Shown: positions 28,672 through 39,534, counted from the stretch's first letter. The stretch is DNA of 53,368 nucleotides from Acidimicrobiia bacterium (GCA_041619515.1 JBFKDW010000002.1:1-53368), one strand, 5' to 3'. The notes: generated by a model not told the origin, from the letters alone. Made by a program: numbers and translations.

Positions 28672-30267
28672 TCATCCGGGTGGGCCGGAAGCCACCACCT
28701 CGGGTGGGACGGTGTCTGCGTACTTGGCGAAGTTGTCGCGGAACATGGCCGCCAGCTTGGAGGCCTGGGCATCGAAGGCGGCGGTGTCCTGCCAGGTGGC
28801 ACGGGGAGTGAGGATCTCCGTCGGGACACCCTCGATCGCCACCGGCACCTCCAGCCCGAACACGGGGTCCACGACGTACTCGGCGTCGTCGAGATTGCCG
28901 TCGAGCGCAGCATTCAACATCGCCCGGGTGTGGGGAATCTTGATCCGCTTGCCCACCCCGAAGGGGCCACCGCTCCACCCGGTGTTGATCATCCACACCT
29001 TGGCTCCGTACTCGTCGATCTTGTCGCGCAGGACGTTGGCGTAATAGGAGGCCGGGAGTGGGAGAAACGGTGCACCGAAGCAGGTGGAGAAAGTCGCCTC
29101 AGGATCGACCACGCCCCGCTCGGTCCCGGCCAGCTTCGAGGTGTACCCGCTGATGAGGTAGTACATCGCCTGCGCCCGGGACAGCCGGCTGATGGGAGGC
29201 AAGACCCCGAAGGCATCGGCGCTGAGAAAGACGATGTTCGAGGCATGCGGGCCCATCAGGCTCGGTTCCACGTTGGGCAGATGGCCCAGCGGATAGGCGG
29301 TCCTCGTGTTCTCGGCCTTGGAGCCGTCGTTGTAGTCCGGCTTGCGGGAATTCTCGTGCACGACCACGTTCTCCAAAATCGACCCGAACATCCCCGCCGC
29401 ACGGTAGATGAGCGGCTCGTCGTCCAGGCTCAACCGGATCGTCTTGGCATACGAGCCGCCCTCGATGTTGAAGCAGCCGGCTTCGCCCCACCCGATCTCA
29501 TCATCACCGATCATGTCCCGATCCGGATCGGTGGCGAGGGTGGTCTTGCCCGTTCCCGACAGCCCGAAGATCACCGCCACATCCCGGCGTTCCCGCCCGA
29601 CACTGGCCGAGGCGTGCATGCTCAGGGCACCTCGCTTGGGCAGAAGGTAGTTCATCACCGAAAACACCGACTTCTTGACCTCACCGGCATACTTGCTGCC
29701 GCCGATCAGAAGGATCTTGTGCGTGAAGCTCACGCAGATGAACACCTCGCTCCGGGTGCCATCCCGCTCCGGATCCGCCTCGAAGAACGGCGCATGGACG
29801 ACGTTGAAGTCGGCGACGAACGGCTCGGCCTCGTCTTCGGGACGGGCGAAGTGCTCGGGCAGGATGAACATGTGCCTGGCGAAGAGCGCATGCCAGGCAC
29901 TCTCGGTGACCACTCGCACCCCGAGCCGGTAGGTGAGATCGGCCCCGGCGTAGTTGTCCTGCACATAGAGGTGCTCCCGGCTCGACAAGTACTCGGCCAC
30001 CCTCGCATACAGTCGGTCGAAGACCTCTGGTTCCATTGGCTGGTTGAAGCCACCCCAGTCGATCTCGTGTTCGGTCTCCGGCTCGCGAATCATGAACTTG
30101 TCCTTGGGGCTGCGCCCCGAGTACGGAGTTGTATCGACGACAAGCTGGCCATCTGCCGCCAGCTCGGCGAGACCGGCCCTCAGTGCATGCTCGTATAGGA
30201 CCGGCTTGGTGGAATCCCAGTGGATTTCTCCGACCGGTCTGATATCCAGATCATCCAGATTCGGCAT
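28672..30267 (-). CDS. pckA: Phosphoenolpyruvate carboxykinase (ATP)
   Basis: [54 protein letters not shown]. Confidence 0.95.
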   Translation of the reverse strand: MPNLDDLDIRPVGEIHWDSTKPVLYEHALRAGLAELAADGQLVVDTTPYSGRSPKDKFMIREPETEHEIDWGGFNQPMEPEVFDRLYARVAEYLSSREHLYVQDNYAGADLTYRLGVRVVTESAWHALFARHMFILPEHFARPEDEAEPFVADFNVVHAPFFEADPERDGTRSEVFICVSFTHKILLIGGSKYAGEVKKSVFSVMNYLLPKRGALSMHASASVGRERRDVAVIFGLSGTGKTTLATDPDRDMIGDDEIGWGEAGCFNIEGGSYAKTIRLSLDDEPLIYRAAGMFGSILENVVVHENSRKPDYNDGSKAENTRTAYPLGHLPNVEPSLMGPHASNIVFLSADAFGVLPPISRLSRAQAMYYLISGYTSKLAGTERGVVDPEATFSTCFGAPFLPLPASYYANVLRDKIDEYGAKVWMINTGWSGGPFGVGKRIKIPHTRAMLNAALDGNLDDAEYVVDPVFGLEVPVAIEGVPTEILTPRATWQDTAAFDAQASKLAAMFRDNFAKYADTVPPEVVASGPPG

Positions 30268-30296
30268 TTCGCCCCTTTCGCGATCTCCGCCCAAGC

Positions 30297-32591
30297 CTAT
30301 CCTGCGGATTCTCCCGCTCCTCCACTCGCTGTGCCCCGCATCGCCTCCCACACCGCCGATGGCGTCACCGGCATGTCGATCGACTCGACGCCCCAGGGGA
30401 CGAGCGCATCGAGCACCGCGTTCACGATGGCCGGCGGCGCTCCGATGCACCCGGATTCGCCCGCCCCCTTGGCTCCGAGCACATTGGAAGGAGCCGGATT
30501 GACGAGCCGCTCGACCACCAGCGGGACCTGGTCGGTGGCGACCGGCACCACGTAGTCCATGAACGATGAGGTCAGCAGCTGCCCGTCCGGGCCGTATTCA
30601 ACGCCCTCATACAGTGCCTGGGCGATGCCCTGCATGAGTGAGCCGTGGACCTGGCCGTCGACGATCATCGGGTTCACCACGTTGCCGAAGTCATCGACTG
30701 CCACGAGCCGGCGAAGGTGCACCATCCCGGTCTCGGTCTCGAGCTCGACGATCGCGACGACGACTCCGTACGGGAACGTCTGGGCGCCGGGAACATACCA
30801 TTCCTCGGCCGAAAGGGCGCCCGCCTCCTCGCCCTCGAGGAGCTTCGGCCACGTCATCAGGGTCCAGGGCGATCCGGCCACCAAAACGCCCTCGTCGCTG
30901 ATCACCACGTCGGAGGGCTCGGCCTCCAGCCTGCGGCCGGCCAGCTCCCGGGCCTGCGTTTGCACCTCCGCAGCGGTGCGAAACACCGCCGAGCCCCCGA
31001 TCATGGTCGAGCGACTGGCGGCGGTTCCGGTGCCGCGGGCTACCCGATCCGTGTCGCCCGCGATGAACCGAACCCGCTCCGGCGACACCCCGAAGGCGGC
31101 GGCGGCAATCTGCGCCCATACCGTCTCGTGGCCCTGGCCGGCCGACATGGAGCCGGTTTGCACCTCCAGCACACCGTCGGAGCCCATCTCGACCCGGGCG
31201 TACTCTCCGGTGTCGACTGCTCCACCCGCCCGCTCGATGAAAGCGGCAACGCCGATTCCGAGCGGATTCCCGCCTTCCGCTCTGCGTCTCGCCTGCTCGG
31301 ACCGAACGGCCGGCACATCGGCCAGCTGCTCGGCGAGATCCAGCGCCGCCACATAGTCTCCACTGTCATAGAGCGCTCCCGTCGGGGTCCGATGCGGGTG
31401 TGACCGGATCACGTTGCGCCGCCGGGCCGTGAACGGATCGAGACCCAGCGACCGGCAGTAGGCGTCCATGGCGCGCTCGATCGCATACGCGGCCTCGGGA
31501 CGGCCGGCGCCCCGGTATGAGCCGGTCGGTGCCAGGTTGGTGACTACGGTCGTCGAGTCGATCTCCACGTGCGGTATGTCGTACTGCCCGGTCGCCACGT
31601 ACCGGGTGAAGCTGGGAATGCGGGCGCCGTTGTGCGGGTACGCCCCGACGTCGGCCACGATCTCGAATCGGGCTCGATGGATCCGTCCGCTCCGATCTCC
31701 GCCCAACGTGACGCGGTGGCGCTGGCCGCGCCCATGGGTCCCGGTGAGAAAATGCTCGCGGCGGGTCTGGATCCATTGCACCGGCCGCCCGAGCTGCAAC
31801 GCCGCAGCGGCGACCGCGGTGTACTCGGGGAACTCCATCCCCTTCATTCCGAACGCGCCGCCCACGTCGGGGACGACCACATGCAGACGGTCGGCTTCGA
31901 TCCCGAGTTGGGCTGCCAGGTTGTCCTTGAACTCGTGGGGTCGTTGATGGCCGACGTAGACGATGAGCTGCGAGTCGTCGGGCACGGCCAGGATGGCGAG
32001 CGTCTCCATCGGGTTGGGTACCAGCCTCTGGTTGACCACCTCGATCGACACTTCGTGTTCGACGTCGGGCCACCCACCAGGAGTCAGGAATGACCAGCGC
32101 TCGGCCACGTTCGTTCCGGCAGCCGGGTGGAGCACGACGTCATCGGCGAGCGCCTGGTCCACCGTAACCACGGCAGGCAGGGACTCATAGTCGACGAACA
32201 CACGCGCAGCGGCGTCCACCGCCAGTTCCTTGGCCGACGCCACCACGAACGCCACCGGCTCGCCGGCGAAGCGGACCAGATCGCGGGCGAGCACCGGCCG
32301 ATCCATGCCGGCACAGCGAATGGGCAGGGAAGAGGCCTCGAAGTCGGCAGCCGTGAGCTCGGCCGCGGTCAGGACGGCCACGACTCCCGGCGCTTCCGAG
32401 GCATCGCCGGTGTCGATCGAGAGGATCCGGGCATGCGCTTCCGGGCTCCGCACGAACTCCGCCGACAGCACCGGGGCCGACACGGCTCCCGCGGCAGCCA
32501 GGTCGGCGACATAGCGGGCGGTGCCGGTGATGAACCGGTCGTCCTCGACTCGAAGCAGCGAAGCCGCCGGCACAGGAGGTGATTCGTACAT
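30297..32591 (-). CDS. Xanthine dehydrogenase family molybdopterin-binding subunit (form II CoxL-like)
   Basis: [46 protein letters not shown]. Confidence 0.93.
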   Translation of the reverse strand: MYESPPVPAASLLRVEDDRFITGTARYVADLAAAGAVSAPVLSAEFVRSPEAHARILSIDTGDASEAPGVVAVLTAAELTAADFEASSLPIRCAGMDRPVLARDLVRFAGEPVAFVVASAKELAVDAAARVFVDYESLPAVVTVDQALADDVVLHPAAGTNVAERWSFLTPGGWPDVEHEVSIEVVNQRLVPNPMETLAILAVPDDSQLIVYVGHQRPHEFKDNLAAQLGIEADRLHVVVPDVGGAFGMKGMEFPEYTAVAAAALQLGRPVQWIQTRREHFLTGTHGRGQRHRVTLGGDRSGRIHRARFEIVADVGAYPHNGARIPSFTRYVATGQYDIPHVEIDSTTVVTNLAPTGSYRGAGRPEAAYAIERAMDAYCRSLGLDPFTARRRNVIRSHPHRTPTGALYDSGDYVAALDLAEQLADVPAVRSEQARRRAEGGNPLGIGVAAFIERAGGAVDTGEYARVEMGSDGVLEVQTGSMSAGQGHETVWAQIAAAAFGVSPERVRFIAGDTDRVARGTGTAASRSTMIGGSAVFRTAAEVQTQARELAGRRLEAEPSDVVISDEGVLVAGSPWTLMTWPKLLEGEEAGALSAEEWYVPGAQTFPYGVVVAIVELETETGMVHLRRLVAVDDFGNVVNPMIVDGQVHGSLMQGIAQALYEGVEYGPDGQLLTSSFMDYVVPVATDQVPLVVERLVNPAPSNVLGAKGAGESGCIGAPPAIVNAVLDALVPWGVESIDMPVTPSAVWEAMRGTASGGAGESAG

Positions 32592-32679
32592 GGCTGGCAG
32601 GTTGCCTCCGAACGGACTGGCACAGATCCTAGGACTGGCTGGTTCGACGATCTCGGTCGCAGCTCGATACGATCACCCG

Positions 32680-33711
32680 GTGGACAGCATGCGCGCCATC
32701 GTCCTCGAGGAGCGGGGCGGCCCCCTCATCGTGCGCGAGATGCCGATCCCCGTCCCCGGCACCGGGCAAGTGCTTCTCGAAGTCGGCGGCTGCGCGGTGG
32801 ATAGGTTCGACCTTGCGATTCGCCATGGGCTCCGGGAGCAGGCAACCCTCCCGCACATCCTCGGTCACGAGATCGCCGGCGAGGTCGTAGACGTCGGCCC
32901 CGGGGTGGAGGGATGGATACCGGGCGACCGCGTAGCAAGCACCCTCTACCTCGTCTGCGGTCGTTGCCGGTGGTGCCGGCGCGGACGAGAGACGATCTGT
33001 GAGCGCTTCGGCGGCCATGTCGGGGTCGACATCCCCGGTGGATATGCCGAGTTCGTCGCCCTCCCGGCCAGGAACCTGGCCCGGCTGCCCGACCCGATCG
33101 GCTACCCGGCCGGGTCGATTCTCGCCAACGCCATCGGGACCCCCTTTCACGCCCTCACCGCCCGGATGCGGCTGGGCCCGGGTGAGCGGCTGATCGTCAC
33201 CGGTGCCGGCGGGGGCGTCGGCCTGCATGCCGTCCAGCTGGGCCGGATGATGGGAGCTTCCGTCATGGGCGTCGACCTCGGCGCGGACAAATTGGCGGCG
33301 ATCCGCGCCTACGGCGCCGATCTCGCCGTCGACCCCACCACGGACGACCTCGTCGCGCTGGCGCGCGATTGGACGGAGGGTACGGGAGTGGACGGCGTCC
33401 TCGAACTCGTGGGGGTGGCGACCATGCCGATGACTCTGGCGACGATGGCCAAAGGCGGCCGCATGGTCGTCGTGGGCTCCCACACCGGCAACGCCTGGAC
33501 CGTTGATCCCGGTCTCGTGTTTCGCAACGAGTGGGAGATCATCGGATCGCGCAACGTTTCGGTCGACGAGCTCGAGACCGTGGTGGGGCTGGTGGCGAGC
33601 GGCGCCGTCGAGCCGGTCGTGGCCGGAACCTACCCGCTCGAGGAGGTAGAGAGGCTTCACGACCGGGTGAGCCGGGGCGAAGTCATCGGCCGCGACGTCC
33701 TGGTGCCGTGA
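32680..33711 (+). CDS. Zinc-dependent alcohol dehydrogenase
   Basis: GHE, CGRCRWC..G...C, TGAGGGVG; start GTG 32680 or ATG 32689. Confidence 0.92.
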   Translation: MDSMRAIVLEERGGPLIVREMPIPVPGTGQVLLEVGGCAVDRFDLAIRHGLREQATLPHILGHEIAGEVVDVGPGVEGWIPGDRVASTLYLVCGRCRWCRRGRETICERFGGHVGVDIPGGYAEFVALPARNLARLPDPIGYPAGSILANAIGTPFHALTARMRLGPGERLIVTGAGGGVGLHAVQLGRMMGASVMGVDLGADKLAAIRAYGADLAVDPTTDDLVALARDWTEGTGVDGVLELVGVATMPMTLATMAKGGRMVVVGSHTGNAWTVDPGLVFRNEWEIIGSRNVSVDELETVVGLVASGAVEPVVAGTYPLEEVERLHDRVSRGEVIGRDVLVP

Positions 33712-33739
33712 CCCTTATTCAACCAACCGGAGGAAACAG

Positions 33740-34735
33740 TTGAGCATCGACATCCACGCCCACATCATCCCGCCCGAGTTCCTGGCCGGCCTGCAGCGCG
33801 ACTCCTACGGCGTCGACATCGTCGTGGAGGACGGCAGGGTCCACGCTTCCATCTCGGGAGGCGATCCGATCGGAATGCTGCGAGCCGACTTGCGCGACAC
33901 CGACGGCAGGCTGGAGGCAATGGACGACTCGGGAGTGGATGTCCAGGTCCTGGCAGCCTGGATCGACCTGAACGGGTACACACTCCCCGCCGGCGACGGC
34001 GCCAGATACAGCCGTCTCTTCAACGAGTCGGTAGCGGGAGTGGTCGCGGCCCATCCTGATCGATTCCTCGGCTTGAGCAATGTGCCCCTCCAGGCTCCGG
34101 TATCGGCCGCCGCCGAACTCACTCACGCGGTCCGGGAACTCGGCCTGGTGGGAGCCCAGATCGCCACGACCGTCGCAGGCAAGGAGCTCGACGACCCGGA
34201 GCTCGACCCCTTCTGGGAGGCGGCCGAGGGACTGGCCAGCATTCTGGTCCTTCACCCGTTCAACCCGCTTCCCCGGCGGGAACTGAGGCGCTATTTCCTC
34301 TCGAATGCCATCGGACGGCCCGCCGAGACCACCATTGCCATCGGCCACATGATCTTCGGAGGTGTCTTCGAACGGTTCCCGGACCTGACCGTGTGTGTCG
34401 TCCATGGGGGCGGGTTCCTGCCGTATCAGGTCGGTCGAATGGACCAGGCATTCCGGGCCAAGCCCGAATTGGCCGCCACCCACCTCACCCGCCTGCCCTC
34501 CGAGTGGCTCGGCCACCTCTACTACGACACCGTCACGCACAACTCCGACGTGACGCGGTTCCTCATCGAGCAGGTGGGAGCGACCCACGTGGTGATGGGC
34601 ACCGATTACCCGTTCGAGATGGGAGATGCCAGCCCGGTCGACACTGTTCGCGCCATACCCGGGCTCTCAGAAGATCAGCGCCGGCTCATCCTCGAGGGGA
34701 ATCTCCGCCGGCTGCTGGGCGACGTCCGGCACTGA
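33740..34735 (+). CDS. Amidohydrolase_2 family (ACMSD-like)
   Basis: DIHAH, VLHP, HGGGFLPY, GTDYPFEM; TTG start after GGAGG. Confidence 0.92.
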   Translation: MSIDIHAHIIPPEFLAGLQRDSYGVDIVVEDGRVHASISGGDPIGMLRADLRDTDGRLEAMDDSGVDVQVLAAWIDLNGYTLPAGDGARYSRLFNESVAGVVAAHPDRFLGLSNVPLQAPVSAAAELTHAVRELGLVGAQIATTVAGKELDDPELDPFWEAAEGLASILVLHPFNPLPRRELRRYFLSNAIGRPAETTIAIGHMIFGGVFERFPDLTVCVVHGGGFLPYQVGRMDQAFRAKPELAATHLTRLPSEWLGHLYYDTVTHNSDVTRFLIEQVGATHVVMGTDYPFEMGDASPVDTVRAIPGLSEDQRRLILEGNLRRLLGDVRH

Positions 34736-35933
34736 CGTCTTCGAGCCAACGGGTCTCGGGGAGGAACAAGGCCACCGCCGCCCCCGTGGCAGCCAGGAGG
34801 CCGGCAACCGGGAGCACGGCGGCCCCGGTCCCATAACTCTCGAACACCCGGGCCACGATCACCGGTGACAACACCAGACCCAGGTCGCCGGCGAAGCGAA
34901 AGGGACCGAGGCGCCGTCCCACTCCGGTGCCGTGCGAGAGATCGGCCAGCATGGTGGCGGCGACTCCGATCCCGAGCGAGCTGATGCTCATCACCATGAT
35001 CGAGGTGAGCCAGATGGCCGTGCTGGAACCGACCGCCAGCAGGGCGACGCCCAGTGCCGAACCGAACAACCCGGGGACGAGGGCAATCTTGCGGGAAACA
35101 CGATCGGCCACCTGTCCCCCCGCGACGGAACCGACGAGGCGAAACAGGCCGCCGGCCCCCAGCGCAAGACCGATCGCTCCAGAAGAGAGGCCCAACTCCG
35201 AATCGCCGATGATGGGGATGAGCGTCTGGCTGAGGGCACCGAGACTGGCAAACATCGCGAACGGCACCAGGTAGAGCAGACCCCGGTAGCGGGCCGGTAT
35301 GTCGGGGCCCCCATCGTGCACCGGTCTGCCGGCTGACCCGGCGCCGACGCCGGCCGAGAAGGGCCGGCGCCCGAGGAGGACGGCGGCGACGACGAAGGCG
35401 ATGGCGCCGGCTACCGCTTCAGCCAGGCGCCAACCGCCGAGGGAAGCGAGTAGCCCCCCCAGGGTGGGGCCGATCGCCTGACCCACCAGCAGCCCGGCGG
35501 CGAAGATCGACACAGAGGCGCCACGGCGCCCGGCGGAGGCGGTCGAGGAGAAGTGGGTCATGCCGGTCGTATTCGTGAGGGCCGAGCCGAGCCCGAGCAA
35601 GAAAGCAGCGACATAGGCCACGAGCGATACCGGCGCCATTGCCAGCACCACGCTGGCCAGGCCCACCAGCATCGCCGAGTTGGACATCATGCGCCTCACC
35701 TTGACGCGGTCGGCCAGCCGGCCCGCCGGGATGTCGGTGATCAAGCGCCCGAGGGCAAAGACGGTGGTCAGGATCCCGAGGTCGGCTGCCGACATCGAGA
35801 GATCGTCACCGATCTCGGGCAGGAGCGGCACCCGGAAGAATGCCGCCGTGGTGATGACCACGGTCGCCAGGCCGACCGGAAGGGAGCTGCGCAGCAGCGA
35901 CGGCTGGGCTCCACGTGATGGGTCGGCAGACAT
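34686..35933 (-). CDS. MFS transporter
   Basis: About 12 TM segments; G.LADR motif repeated in both halves. Confidence 0.9.
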   Translation of the reverse strand: MSADPSRGAQPSLLRSSLPVGLATVVITTAAFFRVPLLPEIGDDLSMSAADLGILTTVFALGRLITDIPAGRLADRVKVRRMMSNSAMLVGLASVVLAMAPVSLVAYVAAFLLGLGSALTNTTGMTHFSSTASAGRRGASVSIFAAGLLVGQAIGPTLGGLLASLGGWRLAEAVAGAIAFVVAAVLLGRRPFSAGVGAGSAGRPVHDGGPDIPARYRGLLYLVPFAMFASLGALSQTLIPIIGDSELGLSSGAIGLALGAGGLFRLVGSVAGGQVADRVSRKIALVPGLFGSALGVALLAVGSSTAIWLTSIMVMSISSLGIGVAATMLADLSHGTGVGRRLGPFRFAGDLGLVLSPVIVARVFESYGTGAAVLPVAGLLAATGAAVALFLPETRWLEDVSAGRRPAAGGDSPRG

Positions 35934-36035
35934 GGGAGCGAAGCGTACCCGGCCGCTTTTCGCCCGGAGGACCGACTGGGGCAGGCTCCGAATTGCCCGG
36001 TAAGCTGCCACACCCCACGGAGAGGATGATCCAAC

Positions 36036-36962
36036 GTGACGAGTGAACACCGGCTGGGCTGGGTTGGCACCGGCAGGATGGGCTATCAACTGGTCGAGCG
36101 CCTGCTGGCGGGCGGGTGCGACGTGGCCGTGTACAACCGCACCCGGGCCAAAGCCGAGCCTCTCGCCGCCGGCGGCGCCACCATCGTGGACTCGCCCGCC
36201 GAGCTCGCCGACCGCGACATCGTCTTCACCATGGTGGCGGCCTCGGCCGACTTCGTCGAGGTCGTCACCGGTCCAAACGGGATCCTGTCGCGCCCCGGGA
36301 CTGCGCCCGGCATCATCGTGGATTCCTCAACGGTGTCCACTGCCGCAGGAGAGCAAGTCCGGGAGGCCGCCTCGGCCGCAGGGACGCTCCTCGTGGCGGC
36401 ACCGGTCAGCGGCAACCCGAGCGTTGTGCGGTCGGGACGGCTGACCTCGGTCGCCTCCGGGCCCCGGGAGGCCTTCGACATCGTCAAGCCCTATCTCGAC
36501 CTGTACGGGGCTGGCGTGACCTACGTTGGAGAGGGCGAGGTCGCCCGGCTGGTGAAGATCTGCCACAACCTCTTGCTGGGCATCTATACCCAGGCCCTGG
36601 CCGAAATCATTGTTCTGGCCGAACGAGCCGGGGTGTCACGCGCCGACTTCATGGCCTTCATCAACGAGAGCGTGATGGGCTCCACCTTCAGCAAGTACAA
36701 GACGCCCGCCATCGTCAACCTCGACTGGACCCCCACCTTCACCGGCCACCTGCTGCGCAAGGACTTCGAACTGGGGCTGGAAGCCGGACGCCGGTCCGAC
36801 GTTCCGCTCCCCACCACCGCCCTCGTGCATCAGATTGTGGTCGGGCTGATCGGAAACGGCCTCGGCGAGGGCGATTTCATGCGGCTCCTCGAACTGGAGG
36901 CCAACGGAGCCGGCCTGGCGCTCACCAGCGAGGACCGCGAGGTGTCGGACGGACTGAGCTAG
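36036..36962 (+). CDS. NAD(P)-dependent beta-hydroxyacid dehydrogenase family
   Basis: GWVGTGRMG, YNRT, APVSGN, KICHN, LRKD. Confidence 0.92.
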   Translation: MTSEHRLGWVGTGRMGYQLVERLLAGGCDVAVYNRTRAKAEPLAAGGATIVDSPAELADRDIVFTMVAASADFVEVVTGPNGILSRPGTAPGIIVDSSTVSTAAGEQVREAASAAGTLLVAAPVSGNPSVVRSGRLTSVASGPREAFDIVKPYLDLYGAGVTYVGEGEVARLVKICHNLLLGIYTQALAEIIVLAERAGVSRADFMAFINESVMGSTFSKYKTPAIVNLDWTPTFTGHLLRKDFELGLEAGRRSDVPLPTTALVHQIVVGLIGNGLGEGDFMRLLELEANGAGLALTSEDREVSDGLS

Positions 36963-37007
36963 CGGCACAGGCCATGGCTCCACGTCATCCAGGCACCGGG
37001 GATCGCC

Positions 37008-37724
37008 CTAGCGGCCGAGGTTGAACTCGGTCAGGAACGCCACACCGGCCCCGGCAGCCTCGTCGGGGTGCATGTAGGTGGATTGGCGGAAGAAGGCCTT
37101 GCAGGCCGTGAGTGCCTCGGCGTCCAGTGCCAACAGCTTCTCGACCCACCGCTGCCCTTCCTGTTCCAGTTCCCCGGGCGGAACCACCCGGTTCACCAGC
37201 CCGAGATGTGCTGCCTCGCCCGCGCTGATCTCATCGCCGGTGATCACCAGTTCGAAGGCCTTCTTGCGCGCCGTCCACCGGCTCAGGTAGGACATCACCA
37301 CCGAAGGGGGAAAGCCGGCTTTGATCTCCGGGAAGCTGAAGCGGGCGTCGTGCACCGCCAGGGTGATGTCGGACTGCACCGCCAACCCGAACCCGAACCC
37401 GCGCACGTCTCCCTTGGCGAGGGCGATGGTGATCCCGGGAAAATCGGCCACGGCGCGGTTCGTCTCCACGATTCGACCGAGAGCCGTGGTCCAGCCCTCT
37501 GCGCTATCGGGCCTGGTCGGGCCGGGATCGCGTCCACCGCAGAAATGCTCGCCGACGCCGCCGAGCAGCAGGACTCGCACCCCTCCGGCAGTCCCGAGGC
37601 GGTGCAGCGAGTCGATGATTGCTCCCATCATCCCGGCATCCACCCGGTTGTGCTCGTCGGGGCGATTCAGAGTCAGCGTGGCGACGGCGCCCTCCTGATC
37701 GACGATCAGGTTGGGGTGAATCAT
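37008..37724 (-). CDS. Enoyl-CoA hydratase/isomerase family
   Basis: LNRP, FCGGRD, FSFPEIKAG, GLVNRVV. Confidence 0.88.
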   Translation of the reverse strand: MIHPNLIVDQEGAVATLTLNRPDEHNRVDAGMMGAIIDSLHRLGTAGGVRVLLLGGVGEHFCGGRDPGPTRPDSAEGWTTALGRIVETNRAVADFPGITIALAKGDVRGFGFGLAVQSDITLAVHDARFSFPEIKAGFPPSVVMSYLSRWTARKKAFELVITGDEISAGEAAHLGLVNRVVPPGELEQEGQRWVEKLLALDAEALTACKAFFRQSTYMHPDEAAGAGVAFLTEFNLGR

Positions 37725-37737
37725 CGGTTGTCCGGGC

Positions 37738-38232
37738 TCAACTCGTAGCCGGCCGCCGGACCCAGAGCATCTCGGTCTTGACCCCGGCGTCGGTGACGAG
37801 GTTGAACACGGGGCAGCGGCGCTCGGTCTCCTCCACCACCTCGGCGAGGCGCTCCTCCGATTCGTCGGTGGTCACGACGGCCTGCACCCGGATGGTCTGG
37901 AAATGCGGGCGAACCTCCTGATGACCCATCCGGCCCCGAATGTCGATGGTGAACTCGGCCTCGAATTCGATTCCGGCATAGGCGAAGTCGAGGTCGGCGG
38001 CCGTCCGATTGAAGGTGACCGCCTCACAGCCGCAGAGCGCCCCCAGCACCGTTTGCAGTGGTGAGGGGCCTTGACCGGTCCCGCCGTGGGCCGTCGGCTC
38101 GTCGGTCACCATCGATCCGAACTCGCCGAAGTCGATATCGGTCTTCATGGTCCCGGCCGTGCGGGCCGACAGCTTCTTGCGGCGAACGATCGGTTCGGTC
38201 AGGTTCTCTATCGAGACAATCTCGCTGGCGAT
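37738..38232 (-). CDS. OsmC/Ohr family protein
   Basis: DEP..HGGTG.GPSP....GALCGC and RCPV; start uncertain (ATC 38232 after AAGGAG, or ATG 38148). Confidence 0.85.
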   Translation of the reverse strand: MASEIVSIENLTEPIVRRKKLSARTAGTMKTDIDFGEFGSMVTDEPTAHGGTGQGPSPLQTVLGALCGCEAVTFNRTAADLDFAYAGIEFEAEFTIDIRGRMGHQEVRPHFQTIRVQAVVTTDESEERLAEVVEETERRCPVFNLVTDAGVKTEMLWVRRPATS

Positions 38233-38290
38233 GGCGGCTCTCCTTGCTCGTCGTGCTCCGGCCGGCAAGACCATAGCGAAACCGGACCGT

Positions 38291-38301
38291 GCAATCGATT
38301 G
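38291..38301. promoter_or_regulatory. Palindromic operator candidate (LacI-like GCAATCGATTG)
   Basis: Perfect palindrome CAATCGATTG in a divergent intergenic region; near-copy at 50272-50282. Confidence 0.35.
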
Positions 38302-38363
38302 TCGCAGCCGGGAAGGGATTGCGGTACATTCCGGATCGCGTTCACACAGGAAGGGCACGCATC

Positions 38364-38738
38364 ATGGCAAAGGCAATCCGGGCCGCGGACCTGCCCCGTC
38401 TGCAATCCACCCGGGACACGCGCGACCGGGTTGACCTCGTCACCGAGGAGACCTTCGGCCTCACCGACCTCAAGGCCGACCGGATCACCTATCACCCGGG
38501 CGACACCGCCGCCGCTCACTATCACCTCGACTGCAAGCACTTCTTCTTCGTCCAGTCGGGCAGGGGAATCATGCATGCCGGCGAAGAGACTTTCGAGCTC
38601 GGGCCCGGAGATGTGGCCCTCATCGATGAGAACGAAGTCCACTGGTTCGAGAATCCCCACGATCAGGATTTCACGTTCATCGAGCTGTGGGTCCCGGCCC
38701 CGCGCGAGACGGTGTGGGTGGACCCGGACGACATATGA
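38364..38738 (+). CDS. Cupin-domain protein
   Basis: PGD..AAHYH..C.HFFFV..G.G, GD.ALI..NE.HWFEN. Confidence 0.88.
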   Translation: MAKAIRAADLPRLQSTRDTRDRVDLVTEETFGLTDLKADRITYHPGDTAAAHYHLDCKHFFFVQSGRGIMHAGEETFELGPGDVALIDENEVHWFENPHDQDFTFIELWVPAPRETVWVDPDDI

Positions 38739-38790
38739 ACGTGGGGACCACCGGCGTGAGTTCACGCCCCCGCAAGACAGAGGCCGAAGC

Positions 38791-39534
38791 CTGGAACTCT
38801 CAGACCTCGTCGTAGCGTTCGTTGCCGTCGCCGTCGGCGCCTTCGTCAAGGGCGTCACCGGATCGGGCCTCCCGCTCATCGGGATTCCCTTCATGGCATC
38901 TTTTCTCGGTGTCGAACACGCCGTCGTGGTCATGCTCATCCCATCGACGGTGGCCAACGCCTGGATCATCTGGGCCAACCGGGCCGCCGCTCCCCACGCC
39001 CGCCATCTCCTCCCGCTGTTCATACTCGGAGGCGTGGGTACCGTCGCCGGTTCCTGGATCCTGGTGTCGTTCGACGACCGCTGGCTCTCACTCGCGCTGG
39101 CAGCGATGATCGTCACGTACGCCATCGTGTTTCTCACCACGCCGGACCTCCAGTTCACCCGCCGATTCACAGATCGGGCGAACGCGCCGGTCGGCCTGGC
39201 CTCGGGCCTCCTCCAGGGAGCAACCGGCGTCTCCGGCCCGCTCATCGCGACCTATCTGCATGGGATTCGGATGGAGCGCCAGACCTACCTGTTCGCCATA
39301 ACCGGGTTGTACGGCACCTTCGGCACGGTTCAGATCTTCTCCTTGCTCGGCCTCGGATCCTTCACGATGACGCGGTTCGGACAGGGCCTCGCAACCCTGG
39401 TGCCGCTTGCCATTGCCCTTCCCCTTGGACTGGCAGTGTCGAGACGGATCTCACACCGGGCGTTCGAGCTCAGTGTTCTGGCGCTGCTCCTCGTGGTAGC
39501 CATCAAGCTGGTGGCAAACACGGTGAGCGGATGA
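38791..39534 (+). CDS. TauE/SafE (TSUP) sulfite exporter family
   Basis: GAFVKGVTGSG.P and G..SG...GATG.SGP repeats; about 8 TM segments; start uncertain (CTG 38791). Confidence 0.85.
   Translation: MELSDLVVAFVAVAVGAFVKGVTGSGLPLIGIPFMASFLGVEHAVVVMLIPSTVANAWIIWANRAAAPHARHLLPLFILGGVGTVAGSWILVSFDDRWLSLALAAMIVTYAIVFLTTPDLQFTRRFTDRANAPVGLASGLLQGATGVSGPLIATYLHGIRMERQTYLFAITGLYGTFGTVQIFSLLGLGSFTMTRFGQGLATLVPLAIALPLGLAVSRRISHRAFELSVLALLLVVAIKLVANTVSG

Noticed and set aside
30297..32591. Aerobic CO dehydrogenase (coxL form I)
   Set aside because: Lacks the AYxCSFR Cu-binding motif and the coxM/S/accessory genes
34686..34735. 3' overlaps of convergent genes (also 6526-6542 and 8462-8474)
   Set aside because: Short tail overlaps are common in compact GC-rich genomes; no sign of function
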